From Alphaproteobacteria bacterium RIFCSPHIGHO2_12_FULL_66_14 (GTDB taxonomy: Bacteria > Pseudomonadota > Alphaproteobacteria > Reyranellales > Reyranellaceae), in assembly GCA_001767945.1 (NCBI GenBank), contig MEMN01000233.1, forward strand, positions 1 through 42,209: 42,209 nucleotides of DNA. The letters are read 5' to 3'. Of the stretch, positions 1 through 9,025 are shown one piece after another. Numbering within the stretch: position 1 is the first letter of the stretch; every line of letters starts with the position of its first letter. Below the pieces are notes generated by a model, which ran no database searches, was not told the origin of the DNA, and saw only the letters and a list, made by a program, of their open reading frames with translations. The translations under genes and the position numbers were made by a program.

Positions 1-170
1 TCACGGAACGAGTTCCGATAGGCTTTATTTTGGGCGTTCTTTGTGCCGACGGCATGCCTGCAGTTACGTCGGCCGTCGATAACGTCTTGGCGACAACGCT
101 GGCAGACGTTCAGAATGGTTTGAGCACTCGACCGGGCATCCCTTCCCGATAAGCACGACAGCCTCGGCCG

Positions 171-1172
171 CTAGACCACCGAGAAACCGTGCGCGAAGGG
201 ATCGCGCTCGTCGACGAAGATCGTGTTGATGCCGTGCTGCCGGGCCCAACCCGATATCGAGGGCACGATGGCGTCGTGATTGCCGACATGGGCCGCCGCC
301 TCGACCCGGCCGTCGAACAGCGAGCCGATGAAGCTCTCATGCACGAATTCCTGGCCGACCTTGAGCCTGCCGCGCGCAGCAAGCTGGGCCATGCGCGCCG
401 ACGTCCCCGTGCCGCAGGGAGAGCGGTCGATCGCCCTTTCGCCATAGAACACGGCATTGCGCCCATGCGCGCGGGAATCTCGCGGTTGGCCCGTCCACAT
501 GACGTGCCTGATGCCCTTGATGGTGGGGTTCTCGGGATGCGCGGGCTGGATCATGTCGTTGAGGAGCCTCCGCACGATCGGCGAATAACGCAGCACGTCA
601 TCCGCCGCCATCGCCTCGAGGCCGGCGAAGTTCTTCTGCGGCTCGAAGATGGCGTAGAAATTCCCGCCGTAGGAAATATCGCACGTGAGTTCGCCGAGGC
701 CGGGCACATCGATCGTGACGTCGCTCATGGCCAGATACGAGGCGACATTGGTAATGCGCACACTCTCGACGAACCGGCCGTTCTGCTCGTAGCGCGCCAC
801 CACGCGACCGGCCGGTGCATCGAGGTTGAGCACGCCGGGCGTCGCCGGGGAGACCAGCCCGTTTTCGACCGCCATGGTCACGGTGCCGATGGTGCCGTGG
901 CCGCACATCGGCAGGCAGCCGCTGGTCTCGATGAACAGAATGCCGACGTCACAATCGGCACGCGTCGGCGGGTAGAGCATCGAACCCGACATGACGTCGT
1001 GGCCGCGCGGCTCGAACATGAGCGCCTTGCGGATCCAGTCGTAGCGCGCGACAAAATCGAGCCGGCGCTCGCTCATGGTTGCGCCCTCGAGCAGCGGCGC
1101 ACCGCCCGTCACCAGCCGCACCGGATTGCCGCAGGTGTGGCCGTCGAGACACGAGAAGGTATGGACCGACAT
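171..1172 (-). CDS. Proline racemase family protein, most likely 4-hydroxyproline 2-epimerase
   Basis: 333 aa. Both catalytic Cys motifs are present (LPMCGHG, DRSPCGTG). MFEPRGHDVMSG has Ser where true proline racemases have Phe. Co-operonic with a DHDPS-family gene. Confidence 0.88.
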   Translation of the reverse strand: MSVHTFSCLDGHTCGNPVRLVTGGAPLLEGATMSERRLDFVARYDWIRKALMFEPRGHDVMSGSMLYPPTRADCDVGILFIETSGCLPMCGHGTIGTVTMAVENGLVSPATPGVLNLDAPAGRVVARYEQNGRFVESVRITNVASYLAMSDVTIDVPGLGELTCDISYGGNFYAIFEPQKNFAGLEAMAADDVLRYSPIVRRLLNDMIQPAHPENPTIKGIRHVMWTGQPRDSRAHGRNAVFYGERAIDRSPCGTGTSARMAQLAARGRLKVGQEFVHESFIGSLFDGRVEAAAHVGNHDAIVPSISGWARQHGINTIFVDERDPFAHGFSVV

Positions 1173-1174
1173 GT

Positions 1175-1723
1175 TCAGGCCGCCAACGGTTGCGCCAGAT
1201 CGACGTGGCCCGCGACGAAGCGTTCGACGTCGCGTGGACTCCGCAGGCGAATCACCGTTCGACCCGCGGCGAAGTTACTGCATTCGTCGCGGAACCGTCG
1301 GCGATTGCGACCGTGGGTCTTCAGCGCCCACAACAGAATGGAATCGCGGCTGAGCAGGGTCCGCCGCAACGACTCGCGATTGCCGGTCCCCCACAGGTCT
1401 TCCCGCGTCACGATCCGGCGCAACGTGCGCCAGAACAGACGCCACATCACCAGGGGTAGCGGCAGGTCGAGCCAGACGAGCGTGTCGGCACGTTGCCAGA
1501 CGATGTCGCGCACCTGGCCGTAGATACCGACCGCAATCCAGTCGCCGTCGCGCGTCTCGCATTCGACTCGGTGGCGGAAGAGCTCAAGCGGCGCCGGCTG
1601 CCAGTCCGGCCCCCAGAACAGAGCATCAAGCTCGACCAGGCGCAGGCCTTTCTCGGCGACGAGCCGTTCGGCCAGCCAGCTCTTGCCCGACCCGGTGGTG
1701 CCGAAGACAACGACGCGGCGCAT
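1175..1723 (-). CDS. P-loop adenylate-kinase-like protein (FlaR / topology modulation protein family)
   Basis: Start placed at ATG 1723 (MRRVVVFGTTGSGKS, Walker A). ELDALFWGPDW and ADTLVWLDLP motifs are typical of this family. 2-bp gaps to both neighbouring genes. Confidence 0.8.
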   Translation of the reverse strand: MRRVVVFGTTGSGKSWLAERLVAEKGLRLVELDALFWGPDWQPAPLELFRHRVECETRDGDWIAVGIYGQVRDIVWQRADTLVWLDLPLPLVMWRLFWRTLRRIVTREDLWGTGNRESLRRTLLSRDSILLWALKTHGRNRRRFRDECSNFAAGRTVIRLRSPRDVERFVAGHVDLAQPLAA

Positions 1724-1725
1724 CA

Positions 1726-2640
1726 CTATTCTGCCGCGAGTCGCAGGCTCGGCCGCGTGCGCAACGCCTCGGCCATGACGCGCTCGACATAGGCGCGTTC
1801 GCCACCGGCGAGCGGCAGGCGTGGCGGCCGTGTGCGTTCGCTGCCGCGGCCCATGATCTGCTCGCAGAGCTTGATGCACTGCACGAGATCAGGCCGGGCA
1901 TCGAGATGCAGCAGCGGCATGAACCAGTCGTAGAGCGGCTTGACTTCGTTGTAGCGGCCGGCGGCGGCCAGCGCGAACAGGCGGTTGCCTTCCTGCGGGA
2001 AGGCGTTGGACATGCCCGACACCCAGCCGACACAGCCCAGCATGATCGATTCGACCACGACGTCGTCGAGGCCGCAGAACAGCACAAGGCGATCGCCCAT
2101 GGTGTTGCGGATATCGGTGAAGCGCGCGGTGGCGCCCGAGGATTCCTTGATGCAGACGACGGTCTCGCAATCTGCGAGTTCGGCCAGCATCGCCGGCGTG
2201 ACGTCGGTCTTATAAATTGGCGGGTTGTTGTAGATCATGATCGGCAGATCGGAGGCTTTCGCGACGCTGCGGAAATGCGCCACCGTCTCGGCCGGCTTGG
2301 CGCTATAGACCATGGCCGGCATCACCATCAATCCGTCGACGCCGATCTTCTGGCAATCACGCGCGAGGTCGCCCGCCATCGCCGTCGTATATTCCGCGAC
2401 CCCCGAGATCACCGGCACGCGTTTTGCCGCGACCTCGACGGCGGCGGCCAGAATCTTCCGCTTCTCGTCGGCACTCAGCGACGTGCCCTCACCCACTGTC
2501 CCGCAGATGATCAGGCCGGACACGCCGTCGCGGATCAGTGCCTCGATGACGCGCTGGGTCGCCGCGTAGTCGACGGAAAAATCCTCGCGGAACTGCGTGG
2601 TGACGGCGGGAAAGACGCCCTGCCAACCGATGCGCGCCAT
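1726..2640 (-). CDS. Dihydrodipicolinate synthase family protein, probably delta1-pyrroline-4-hydroxy-2-carboxylate deaminase
   Basis: ATG 2640 with a GGAGG-type RBS (MARIGWQGVFPAVTTQF). GTVGE, IYNNP and IKESSG (Schiff-base Lys) motifs. Linked to the Hyp epimerase. Confidence 0.85.
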   Translation of the reverse strand: MARIGWQGVFPAVTTQFREDFSVDYAATQRVIEALIRDGVSGLIICGTVGEGTSLSADEKRKILAAAVEVAAKRVPVISGVAEYTTAMAGDLARDCQKIGVDGLMVMPAMVYSAKPAETVAHFRSVAKASDLPIMIYNNPPIYKTDVTPAMLAELADCETVVCIKESSGATARFTDIRNTMGDRLVLFCGLDDVVVESIMLGCVGWVSGMSNAFPQEGNRLFALAAAGRYNEVKPLYDWFMPLLHLDARPDLVQCIKLCEQIMGRGSERTRPPRLPLAGGERAYVERVMAEALRTRPSLRLAAE

Positions 2641-2722
2641 GTGCCCCTCCCTGGCAATGCTCCAACTGTAGCGCCAAAGCGGCGGCCAGCGTAGGGTGCG
2701 CGACGGATTCGGGAGAGCGTCG

Positions 2723-3961
2723 ATGTCGCAGTATTTGTTCAGGAATCTCAACCTGTTGGACCCGCGCTGGGACGGGGCCCGGGGCGGCTACGAGGTTCTG
2801 GTCGAAGGCGATCGCATCAAGGAAGTGTCGGCCAAGCCGATCAAGACGACGAAAGCTCAGGTCGTGGACTGCGGCAAGCGTACCCTGATGCCGGGCCTGA
2901 TCGATTGCCATGTCCATGTTTTCCTGAGCGAGGTGAATATCCGCAACCTCGAATCGGTACCGTTGACGCTGCTCACCGCACGCGCCGCCGACCTCATGAA
3001 GGGCATGATCGACCGCGGCTTCACCACCGTGCGCGACACCGGCGGCGCTGATTGGGGGATCAAGACAGCCGTCGAGGCCGGCCTGATCCCCGGGCCGCGC
3101 CTGTTCATTTCCGGTCGCGCCATCGGACCGACCGGCGGGCACAGCGATTCCCGCCGCCGCACCGATCAGGGCATGCCCTCCTGCGGCTGCTGCAACGCCA
3201 TGGTCTACAGTATGGCCATTGCCGACGGGGCCGATGGCGTGCGCAAGGCGGTGCGCGAGCAGATGCGCCAGGGTGCCGACCAGGTAAAGATCATGTGCTC
3301 GGGTGGCGTCGCCTCGCCCTACGATCCGCTCGATTCCCTGCAGTTCTCCGAAGCCGAGATCGCCGCCGCGACCGACGAAGCCAGGAATTTCGGCCGTTAC
3401 GTGCTGGCCCATGCGTATACGCCTGAGGCCATCACCCGCGCCGTCAGCAACGGCGTGCGCACCATCGAGCACGGCAACCTGATCGACGCCAAATCGGCCA
3501 AGCTGCTGGCCTCCAAGGGCGGCTACATGATCGCCAACCTCGTGACCTACTTCGTCATGAAGGAGAAGGCAGCGAGCTTCGGCATGACCGCCGACATGCT
3601 GGAAAAAAACGACATCGTGCTCGACGGCGCCCTGCGCTCGCTCGAAGTTTGCAAGAAGGCCGGCGTGAAGGTGGGCTACGGCAGCGATCTGCTGGGCCCA
3701 CTGCAGGTCGAGCAGAGCCGCGAGTTCATGTTCCGGGCCGAAGTCCTGAAGCCACTGGAGATCATCCGGCAGGCAACTGTCGTGGGCGCCGAGATTCTGC
3801 GCCAGGAGGGCAGGCTCGGCATCGTCGAGCCGGGCGCCTTCGCCGACCTGATCGTGGTCGATGGCAATCCGCTCAAGAAGCTCGAACTCTTCCTCGACCA
3901 GGGTGCTCATCTGCCGCTGATCATGAAGGGCGGAAAGTTCCACAAGAACGCGTTGAAGTAG
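2723..3961 (+). CDS. Metal-dependent amidohydrolase (Xaa-Pro dipeptidase/prolidase-like subgroup), copy 1
   Basis: ATG 2723 after GGGAGA. Motifs PGLIDCHVH (HxH), GFTTVRD, QVKIM, HAY, IEHG, GSD and GAFADL. Confidence 0.88.
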   Translation: MSQYLFRNLNLLDPRWDGARGGYEVLVEGDRIKEVSAKPIKTTKAQVVDCGKRTLMPGLIDCHVHVFLSEVNIRNLESVPLTLLTARAADLMKGMIDRGFTTVRDTGGADWGIKTAVEAGLIPGPRLFISGRAIGPTGGHSDSRRRTDQGMPSCGCCNAMVYSMAIADGADGVRKAVREQMRQGADQVKIMCSGGVASPYDPLDSLQFSEAEIAAATDEARNFGRYVLAHAYTPEAITRAVSNGVRTIEHGNLIDAKSAKLLASKGGYMIANLVTYFVMKEKAASFGMTADMLEKNDIVLDGALRSLEVCKKAGVKVGYGSDLLGPLQVEQSREFMFRAEVLKPLEIIRQATVVGAEILRQEGRLGIVEPGAFADLIVVDGNPLKKLELFLDQGAHLPLIMKGGKFHKNALK

Positions 3962-3968
3962 GTTTCCG

Positions 3969-5198
3969 ATGTCCCTGCTGTTCAAGAATCTCAATCTGCT
4001 CGACCCGCGCTGGAAAGAGGCGCGCGGCGGCTACGAAGTGCTGGTCGAGGACGATCTCATCAAGGAAGTGTCATCCAAGCCGATCAAGGCGGCCAAGGCC
4101 CAGATCGTGAATTGCGGCAAACGGACCCTGATGCCGGGCCTGATCGATTGCCACGTCCATACCCATCACAGCGAGGTCTACATCAACCGCATGGAGGCGG
4201 TGCCCCTCACCCTGATGATGGCGCGCTCCACCGGGCGCCTGAAGCGCATGCTCGACCGCGGCTTCACCACGGTGCGCGATGCCGGCGGTGCCGACTGGGG
4301 CACCAAGGCCGCCGTGGAATCGGGACTGATTCCCGGCCCGCGTCTGTTCATCTCCTGTCGTTCGATCGGCCCCACCGGCGGGCACAACGACCGCAACCGG
4401 CGCACCGACATCGGCCCGCCCTGCCTCTGCTGCAACGGCATGGTGTTCATCCGCTGCATCGCCGACGGCCCCGACGAGGTCCGCAAGGCCGCCCGCGAGC
4501 AGATGCGCCAGGGCGCCGACCAGGTGAAGCTGATGGTCTCGGGCGGCGTCGCCTCGCCCTACGATCCGCTGGAATCGCTGCAGTTCACGGTCGAGGAGAT
4601 CACGGCCGCCGTCGAGGAGGCGCATGCCTTCGGCCGCTACGTGCTGACCCATGCCTATACGCCCGAGGCGATCACCCGCGCCGTCAATTGCGGCGTGCGC
4701 ACCATCGAGCACGGCAATCTGGTGGATGCGCCCACGGCCAGGCTGATGGCCAAGAAGGGCGTCTTCATGATCCCCAATCTGGTGGCCTACGACGCCATGA
4801 AGCGTCGCGCCAAGGAACTCGGCATGCCGGTCGAGATGCTGGAGAAGAACGACGAAGTGCTGAAGTACGGCTTTGCCGAACTGGAGCATTGCCGCAAGGC
4901 GGGCGTAAAAGTGGCTTACGGCTCCGATCTGCTAGGGGCGCTCGAGGACGAGCAGACCCGTGAGTTCCAGATCCGCGGCGAGGTGATGCCGGCCATCGAC
5001 ATCATCCGCTCGGCGACCCTGATCGGCGCCGAGGTCGTGCGCCAGGAAGGCAAGCTGGGCGTGATCGAACCCGGCGCCTTTGCCGATCTCCTGGTGGTCG
5101 ACGGCGATCCGCTAAAAAACCTCGGCCTGTTCAAGGACGGTGGTCCGCATCTTTCGGCCATCGTGAAGGGCGGCCGTTTCCACAAGAACGCGCTCTGA
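3969..5198 (+). CDS. Metal-dependent amidohydrolase (Xaa-Pro dipeptidase/prolidase-like subgroup), copy 2
   Basis: Same motif set as the upstream gene and colinear with it end to end; a tandem paralog. Confidence 0.88.
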   Translation: MSLLFKNLNLLDPRWKEARGGYEVLVEDDLIKEVSSKPIKAAKAQIVNCGKRTLMPGLIDCHVHTHHSEVYINRMEAVPLTLMMARSTGRLKRMLDRGFTTVRDAGGADWGTKAAVESGLIPGPRLFISCRSIGPTGGHNDRNRRTDIGPPCLCCNGMVFIRCIADGPDEVRKAAREQMRQGADQVKLMVSGGVASPYDPLESLQFTVEEITAAVEEAHAFGRYVLTHAYTPEAITRAVNCGVRTIEHGNLVDAPTARLMAKKGVFMIPNLVAYDAMKRRAKELGMPVEMLEKNDEVLKYGFAELEHCRKAGVKVAYGSDLLGALEDEQTREFQIRGEVMPAIDIIRSATLIGAEVVRQEGKLGVIEPGAFADLLVVDGDPLKNLGLFKDGGPHLSAIVKGGRFHKNAL

Positions 5199-6025
5199 TG
5201 ACGATGGCCCTCGCCATCATCCGTCGCCGCGCCCGTCGCTGGGCGCTGAACGGTGCCGCCGCGGTGGCACTGGGCTACATCCTGATGCCGCTGATCTTCG
5301 TGATTTGGCTGGCCTTCTTCCGGCAGGAGATTCCGTCCTTCCCGCCCGAAGGCTACAGCCTGAAGTGGTTCGCGGCCATCCTCGACCAGCGCAAATTCGT
5401 CGATGGCTTCAGGAACAGCATCCAGGTCGGCGTGCTTGCCACCTTGATCGGACTGGCCTTGGGCGTGCCGGCCGCACTTTGCCTGTCACGTTTCCAGTTC
5501 AAGCTGCGCACGCCGCTCGCCAATCTCCTGCTGATGCCGTTGATCGTACCCGGCGTGGTTCTCGGCACGGCGATGTACGTTTTCCATGTCGAGCTTGAAA
5601 TCGGTCTCGACATGGACGTGCTCGGCACCTTTTACGCGCTGGTGGCGGGCCATATCGTGATCGTCATCCCCTGGGTGGTGCGTCTGGTGACCGCGAGCCT
5701 GGCCGGCGTCGACCGCGCCACCGAGGAGGCGGCCCAGAATCTCGGGGCCAATCCCTGGGTGACCTTCTGGCGCATCACTCTGCCCACCATTCGGCCTGGT
5801 ATCGTGGCAGGCGCTCTGTTCGGCTTCGTCACCTCGTTCGGCAATCTCGAGATGAGCCTGTTCCTGGTCGGGCCGGGTCGGACCACCCTGCCGATCGTCA
5901 TCCTCCAGTATCTCGAATGGAAGATCGACCCGACCATCGCCGCCGTCTCGGTGGTGCAGATCTTGCTGATCGGTATCTCGATGCTGATCACCGATCGCTA
6001 CGTCAAGCTGGCGCGGGTCGTCTAG
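5198..6025 (+). CDS. ABC transporter permease (PotC-like)
   Basis: Hydrophobic segments, the SLKWF motif and an EAA loop (EEAAQNLGA). Start overlaps the upstream stop. Confidence 0.9.
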   Translation: MTMALAIIRRRARRWALNGAAAVALGYILMPLIFVIWLAFFRQEIPSFPPEGYSLKWFAAILDQRKFVDGFRNSIQVGVLATLIGLALGVPAALCLSRFQFKLRTPLANLLLMPLIVPGVVLGTAMYVFHVELEIGLDMDVLGTFYALVAGHIVIVIPWVVRLVTASLAGVDRATEEAAQNLGANPWVTFWRITLPTIRPGIVAGALFGFVTSFGNLEMSLFLVGPGRTTLPIVILQYLEWKIDPTIAAVSVVQILLIGISMLITDRYVKLARVV

Positions 6026-7078
6026 ATGGCCCAGCTCGATCTCAATTCGCTCAGCAAGCGCTATGGCGATTTCTACGCCGCGCGCGATGTCTCGCTGCAG
6101 GTGGCCGACGGCGAGTTCCTGGTGCTGCTGGGCCCATCCGGCTGCGGCAAGACCACGACTTTGCGCATGGTGGCAGGCTTCATCGAGCCCACCGCCGGGC
6201 AGGTAAGGCTGGGCGGCAACGACGTGACGTTCCTGCCGCCATGGAAGCGCAATGCCGGCATGGTGTTCCAGAGCTATGCGCTGTTTCCGCATCTCACGGT
6301 GGCACAGAACGTCGCCTTCGGCCTCGAGATGCGCAAGTTGCTCCGCATCGAGATCGACCGCCGCGTCGAGGAGGCGCTGGCGCTGGTTCGCCTGTCCGGT
6401 TTCGGGGCAAGGCTGCCGCGCCAGCTGTCGGGCGGCCAGCAGCAGCGCGTGGCGCTGGCACGGGCGCTCGCCATCCGGCCCGACGTGCTGCTGCTCGACG
6501 AGCCGCTTTCGAACCTCGACGCCAAGCTGCGCCAGGAAGTGCGGGTCGAGATCCGCGAGCTGCAGCGACAGCTCGGGCTCACCGCCGTGATGGTCACGCA
6601 CGACCAGGAAGAGGCGCTCACCATGGCCGACCGCCTCGTGGTCATGAACGAGGGCTCGGTGCGCCAGGTCGGCACCCAGCGCGATCTCTACGAGCGTCCC
6701 GCCGACCGCTTCGTGGCGGGCTTCGTCGGCCGCAGCACCTTCCTGGACGGCACGGTCGAGGCGCCGGGCCGCTTCCGCTCCGACGGCGGGCTGGCGTTGA
6801 CCTGCACCGGCGGCCAGCCGGGCCGTGCCGCCCTGGCGCTGCGGCCCGAGCGGGTTGAAATCGGGCTCGTCAAGTCCGCCGGACTCGACAACAGCTTGCC
6901 TGGTACGGTGGAATTCGTGTCGTATCTCGGCGCACTGATCGACATCCACGTCCGCCTGTCGCCCAATGATCGGCTGGTCGTGCAGGTCGCCAACCGCGAC
7001 GGCGGCTTCACCCCGGAAGTGGGCCAATCGGTTCATGTCGGCTGGTCCGCGTCGGCCGGCCTGGTGTTCAACGAGTAA
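6026..7078 (+). CDS. ABC transporter ATP-binding protein (PotA-like, TOBE C-terminus)
   Basis: Walker A GPSGCGKT, signature LSGGQQQ, Walker B LLLDEP, H-loop VTHDQEEA. Confidence 0.93.
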   Translation: MAQLDLNSLSKRYGDFYAARDVSLQVADGEFLVLLGPSGCGKTTTLRMVAGFIEPTAGQVRLGGNDVTFLPPWKRNAGMVFQSYALFPHLTVAQNVAFGLEMRKLLRIEIDRRVEEALALVRLSGFGARLPRQLSGGQQQRVALARALAIRPDVLLLDEPLSNLDAKLRQEVRVEIRELQRQLGLTAVMVTHDQEEALTMADRLVVMNEGSVRQVGTQRDLYERPADRFVAGFVGRSTFLDGTVEAPGRFRSDGGLALTCTGGQPGRAALALRPERVEIGLVKSAGLDNSLPGTVEFVSYLGALIDIHVRLSPNDRLVVQVANRDGGFTPEVGQSVHVGWSASAGLVFNE

Positions 7079-7096
7079 AAATCACAGGAGGTCATC

Positions 7097-8134
7097 ATGT
7101 CGGACGTCACTCTCAAGCGCCGCGCCCTGTTGGGCGGCACGGCCGCCCTCGCCTTCGGCGCGCCGTACATCGCCCGCGCGCAGGACAACAAGCGCATCGT
7201 GGTCGGCACCTGGGGCGGCGACTACTCGCGGCTGCTCGCCAAGAACATCGAGACGCCCCTGCTCGTGCCCAAGGGCTGGGACGTGATCAAGGACGAAGCG
7301 GGTGATCCGCCGCGCCGCGCCAAGGTGCTGGCCGAGAAGTCGCTGCGCCGCGGCACCTCGGACATCCAGGGCGTGTCGGCCGCCAACATGTACGAGATGA
7401 ACGAGCAGGGCACGATCCTGCAGCTCGACTACTCGAAGATCGCCAACGCCAAGAACCTCATCCCGGCGATGAAGTACCCCTACGGCGTCGGCCACATCTA
7501 TTCGGGCAAGGTCGGCCTCTACAATCCCAAGCTGATGGCCGCGCCGACCAGCTTCGCCGAGGTGCTCGATCCCAAGCACGGCAACAAGCTCGGCATCATC
7601 GACATCCAGTATCAATACACCATGCTGGCCGCGAGCCTCGCAGCCGGCGGCAAGGTCGGCAATTTCGAGCCGGGCAAGGCGCTGCTGGTCGCCTGCAAGA
7701 AGGCCGGCGCGCGCATCTATCCATCGAACGAGGCCTTCGCCCAGGCACTCAAGACCGAGGAGATCGCCTGCGGCATCATGTGGAAGGCGCGCGCGGTGCA
7801 GTGGCAGAACGCCGGCATCAATGTCCAGACCATCGCGCCCAAGGAAGGCGTACCGATGTACGTCTCGGGCTTCGTGGTGCCGAAGAACGCGCCCAACAAG
7901 GACGGCTCCTACGCCTACCTGAACGCCATGCTGGAGGCCTCGGCACAGGAGGGTTTCGCCAAGGACATGGGCTACAACCCCACGGTCACCAACGCCAAGG
8001 TGCCGGACGAATTGCGCAAGCGCATCGGCTTCACCGACGAGGAGCAGAAGCGGCTGGTCGATCTCGACTACGGCTACATGGCCAAGAATGATTCCGCCTT
8101 CAAGGAATGGTGGGACAAGTCGTTCAAGGGATGA
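7097..8134 (+). CDS. ABC transporter substrate-binding protein (PotD/PotF-like) with a Tat-type signal
   Basis: KRRALLG twin-Arg leader, GTWGG and PKEG motifs, AGGAGG RBS. Confidence 0.88.
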   Translation: MSDVTLKRRALLGGTAALAFGAPYIARAQDNKRIVVGTWGGDYSRLLAKNIETPLLVPKGWDVIKDEAGDPPRRAKVLAEKSLRRGTSDIQGVSAANMYEMNEQGTILQLDYSKIANAKNLIPAMKYPYGVGHIYSGKVGLYNPKLMAAPTSFAEVLDPKHGNKLGIIDIQYQYTMLAASLAAGGKVGNFEPGKALLVACKKAGARIYPSNEAFAQALKTEEIACGIMWKARAVQWQNAGINVQTIAPKEGVPMYVSGFVVPKNAPNKDGSYAYLNAMLEASAQEGFAKDMGYNPTVTNAKVPDELRKRIGFTDEEQKRLVDLDYGYMAKNDSAFKEWWDKSFKG

Positions 8135-9024
8135 CGGACACCGCTCTTGCACATGCTCCCGCCGCCGACCGGCGGCGGGGAGAAGGCCTGACCGCCGGCA
8201 TGCTGATCGTGCCGGCGTCGATCTTCGTCGCCTTCTGCCTGCTGGCGCCGCTTGCCATCCTGTTCCGCTACAGCCTGAACGAATTCGTCACGACCAAGAA
8301 GATGATGGTCGAGGCGGTGACGCTGGCAAACTACGTCAAATTCTTCACCGACCCCTACTACACGACGATCCTGGGCGTGACGGTGCGCGTTGCCGTGACG
8401 GTGACGGCGGTCTGCCTGGTGCTGGGTTTCCCGCTGGCCTATGTCGTGGCGCGCACACAAAGCCGGTTCAAGCACCTGCTGATCATTGCCATCGTCTTGC
8501 CGCTGTTCGTCGGCAATGCCGTGCGTGCCGCCGGCTGGATGACGGTGTTCGGCAGCCGGGGCTTCCTCAACACCACCCTGCAGTGGCTGGGCCTGATCGA
8601 CAAACCGCTCGAGATCATGTTCACCGAGACCGCGGTGATCGTGGGCATCATCGCGGTCAACCTGCCGTTCATGGTCTTGAGCCTGCAGAGCGTGATCGAA
8701 GGCATCGACCGCTCGGTCGAGGAGGCGGCCTTCAGCCTCGGCGCCCCGCCCGGCACGATGTTCCGCCGCGTGCTGTGGCCACTGGCGCTGCCCGGCATCC
8801 TGGCCGGCACCATCCTCACCTTCATCCTGGCGATGAACGCCTATGCGACGCCCTTCCTGCTGGGCGGACCATTGTTCAAGATGATGGCGCCGCTGATCTA
8901 CAATCAATTCACCCAGCAGACCAACTGGCCATTCGGCGGCGCCATCGCCTTCATCCTGATGACGGTGACACTTGGCCTCACGATGGCAGCCAACCTGCTC
9001 ATCCAACGCCGACGAGCGAGCTGA
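8131..9024 (+). CDS. ABC transporter permease (PotB-like)
   Basis: ATGA overlap with the SBP stop. Motifs TLANY, LGFPLAY, EEAAFSLGA and NWPFG. Confidence 0.9.
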   Translation: MTDTALAHAPAADRRRGEGLTAGMLIVPASIFVAFCLLAPLAILFRYSLNEFVTTKKMMVEAVTLANYVKFFTDPYYTTILGVTVRVAVTVTAVCLVLGFPLAYVVARTQSRFKHLLIIAIVLPLFVGNAVRAAGWMTVFGSRGFLNTTLQWLGLIDKPLEIMFTETAVIVGIIAVNLPFMVLSLQSVIEGIDRSVEEAAFSLGAPPGTMFRRVLWPLALPGILAGTILTFILAMNAYATPFLLGGPLFKMMAPLIYNQFTQQTNWPFGGAIAFILMTVTLGLTMAANLLIQRRRAS

Positions 9025-9025
9025 C

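Noticed and set aside
1-170. Possible third copy of the dispersed element (TGTGCCG at 42, AGCACGACAGCCT near 152)
   Set aside because: The similarity is short and weak, the 24-mer is absent, and the region is cut by the window edge.
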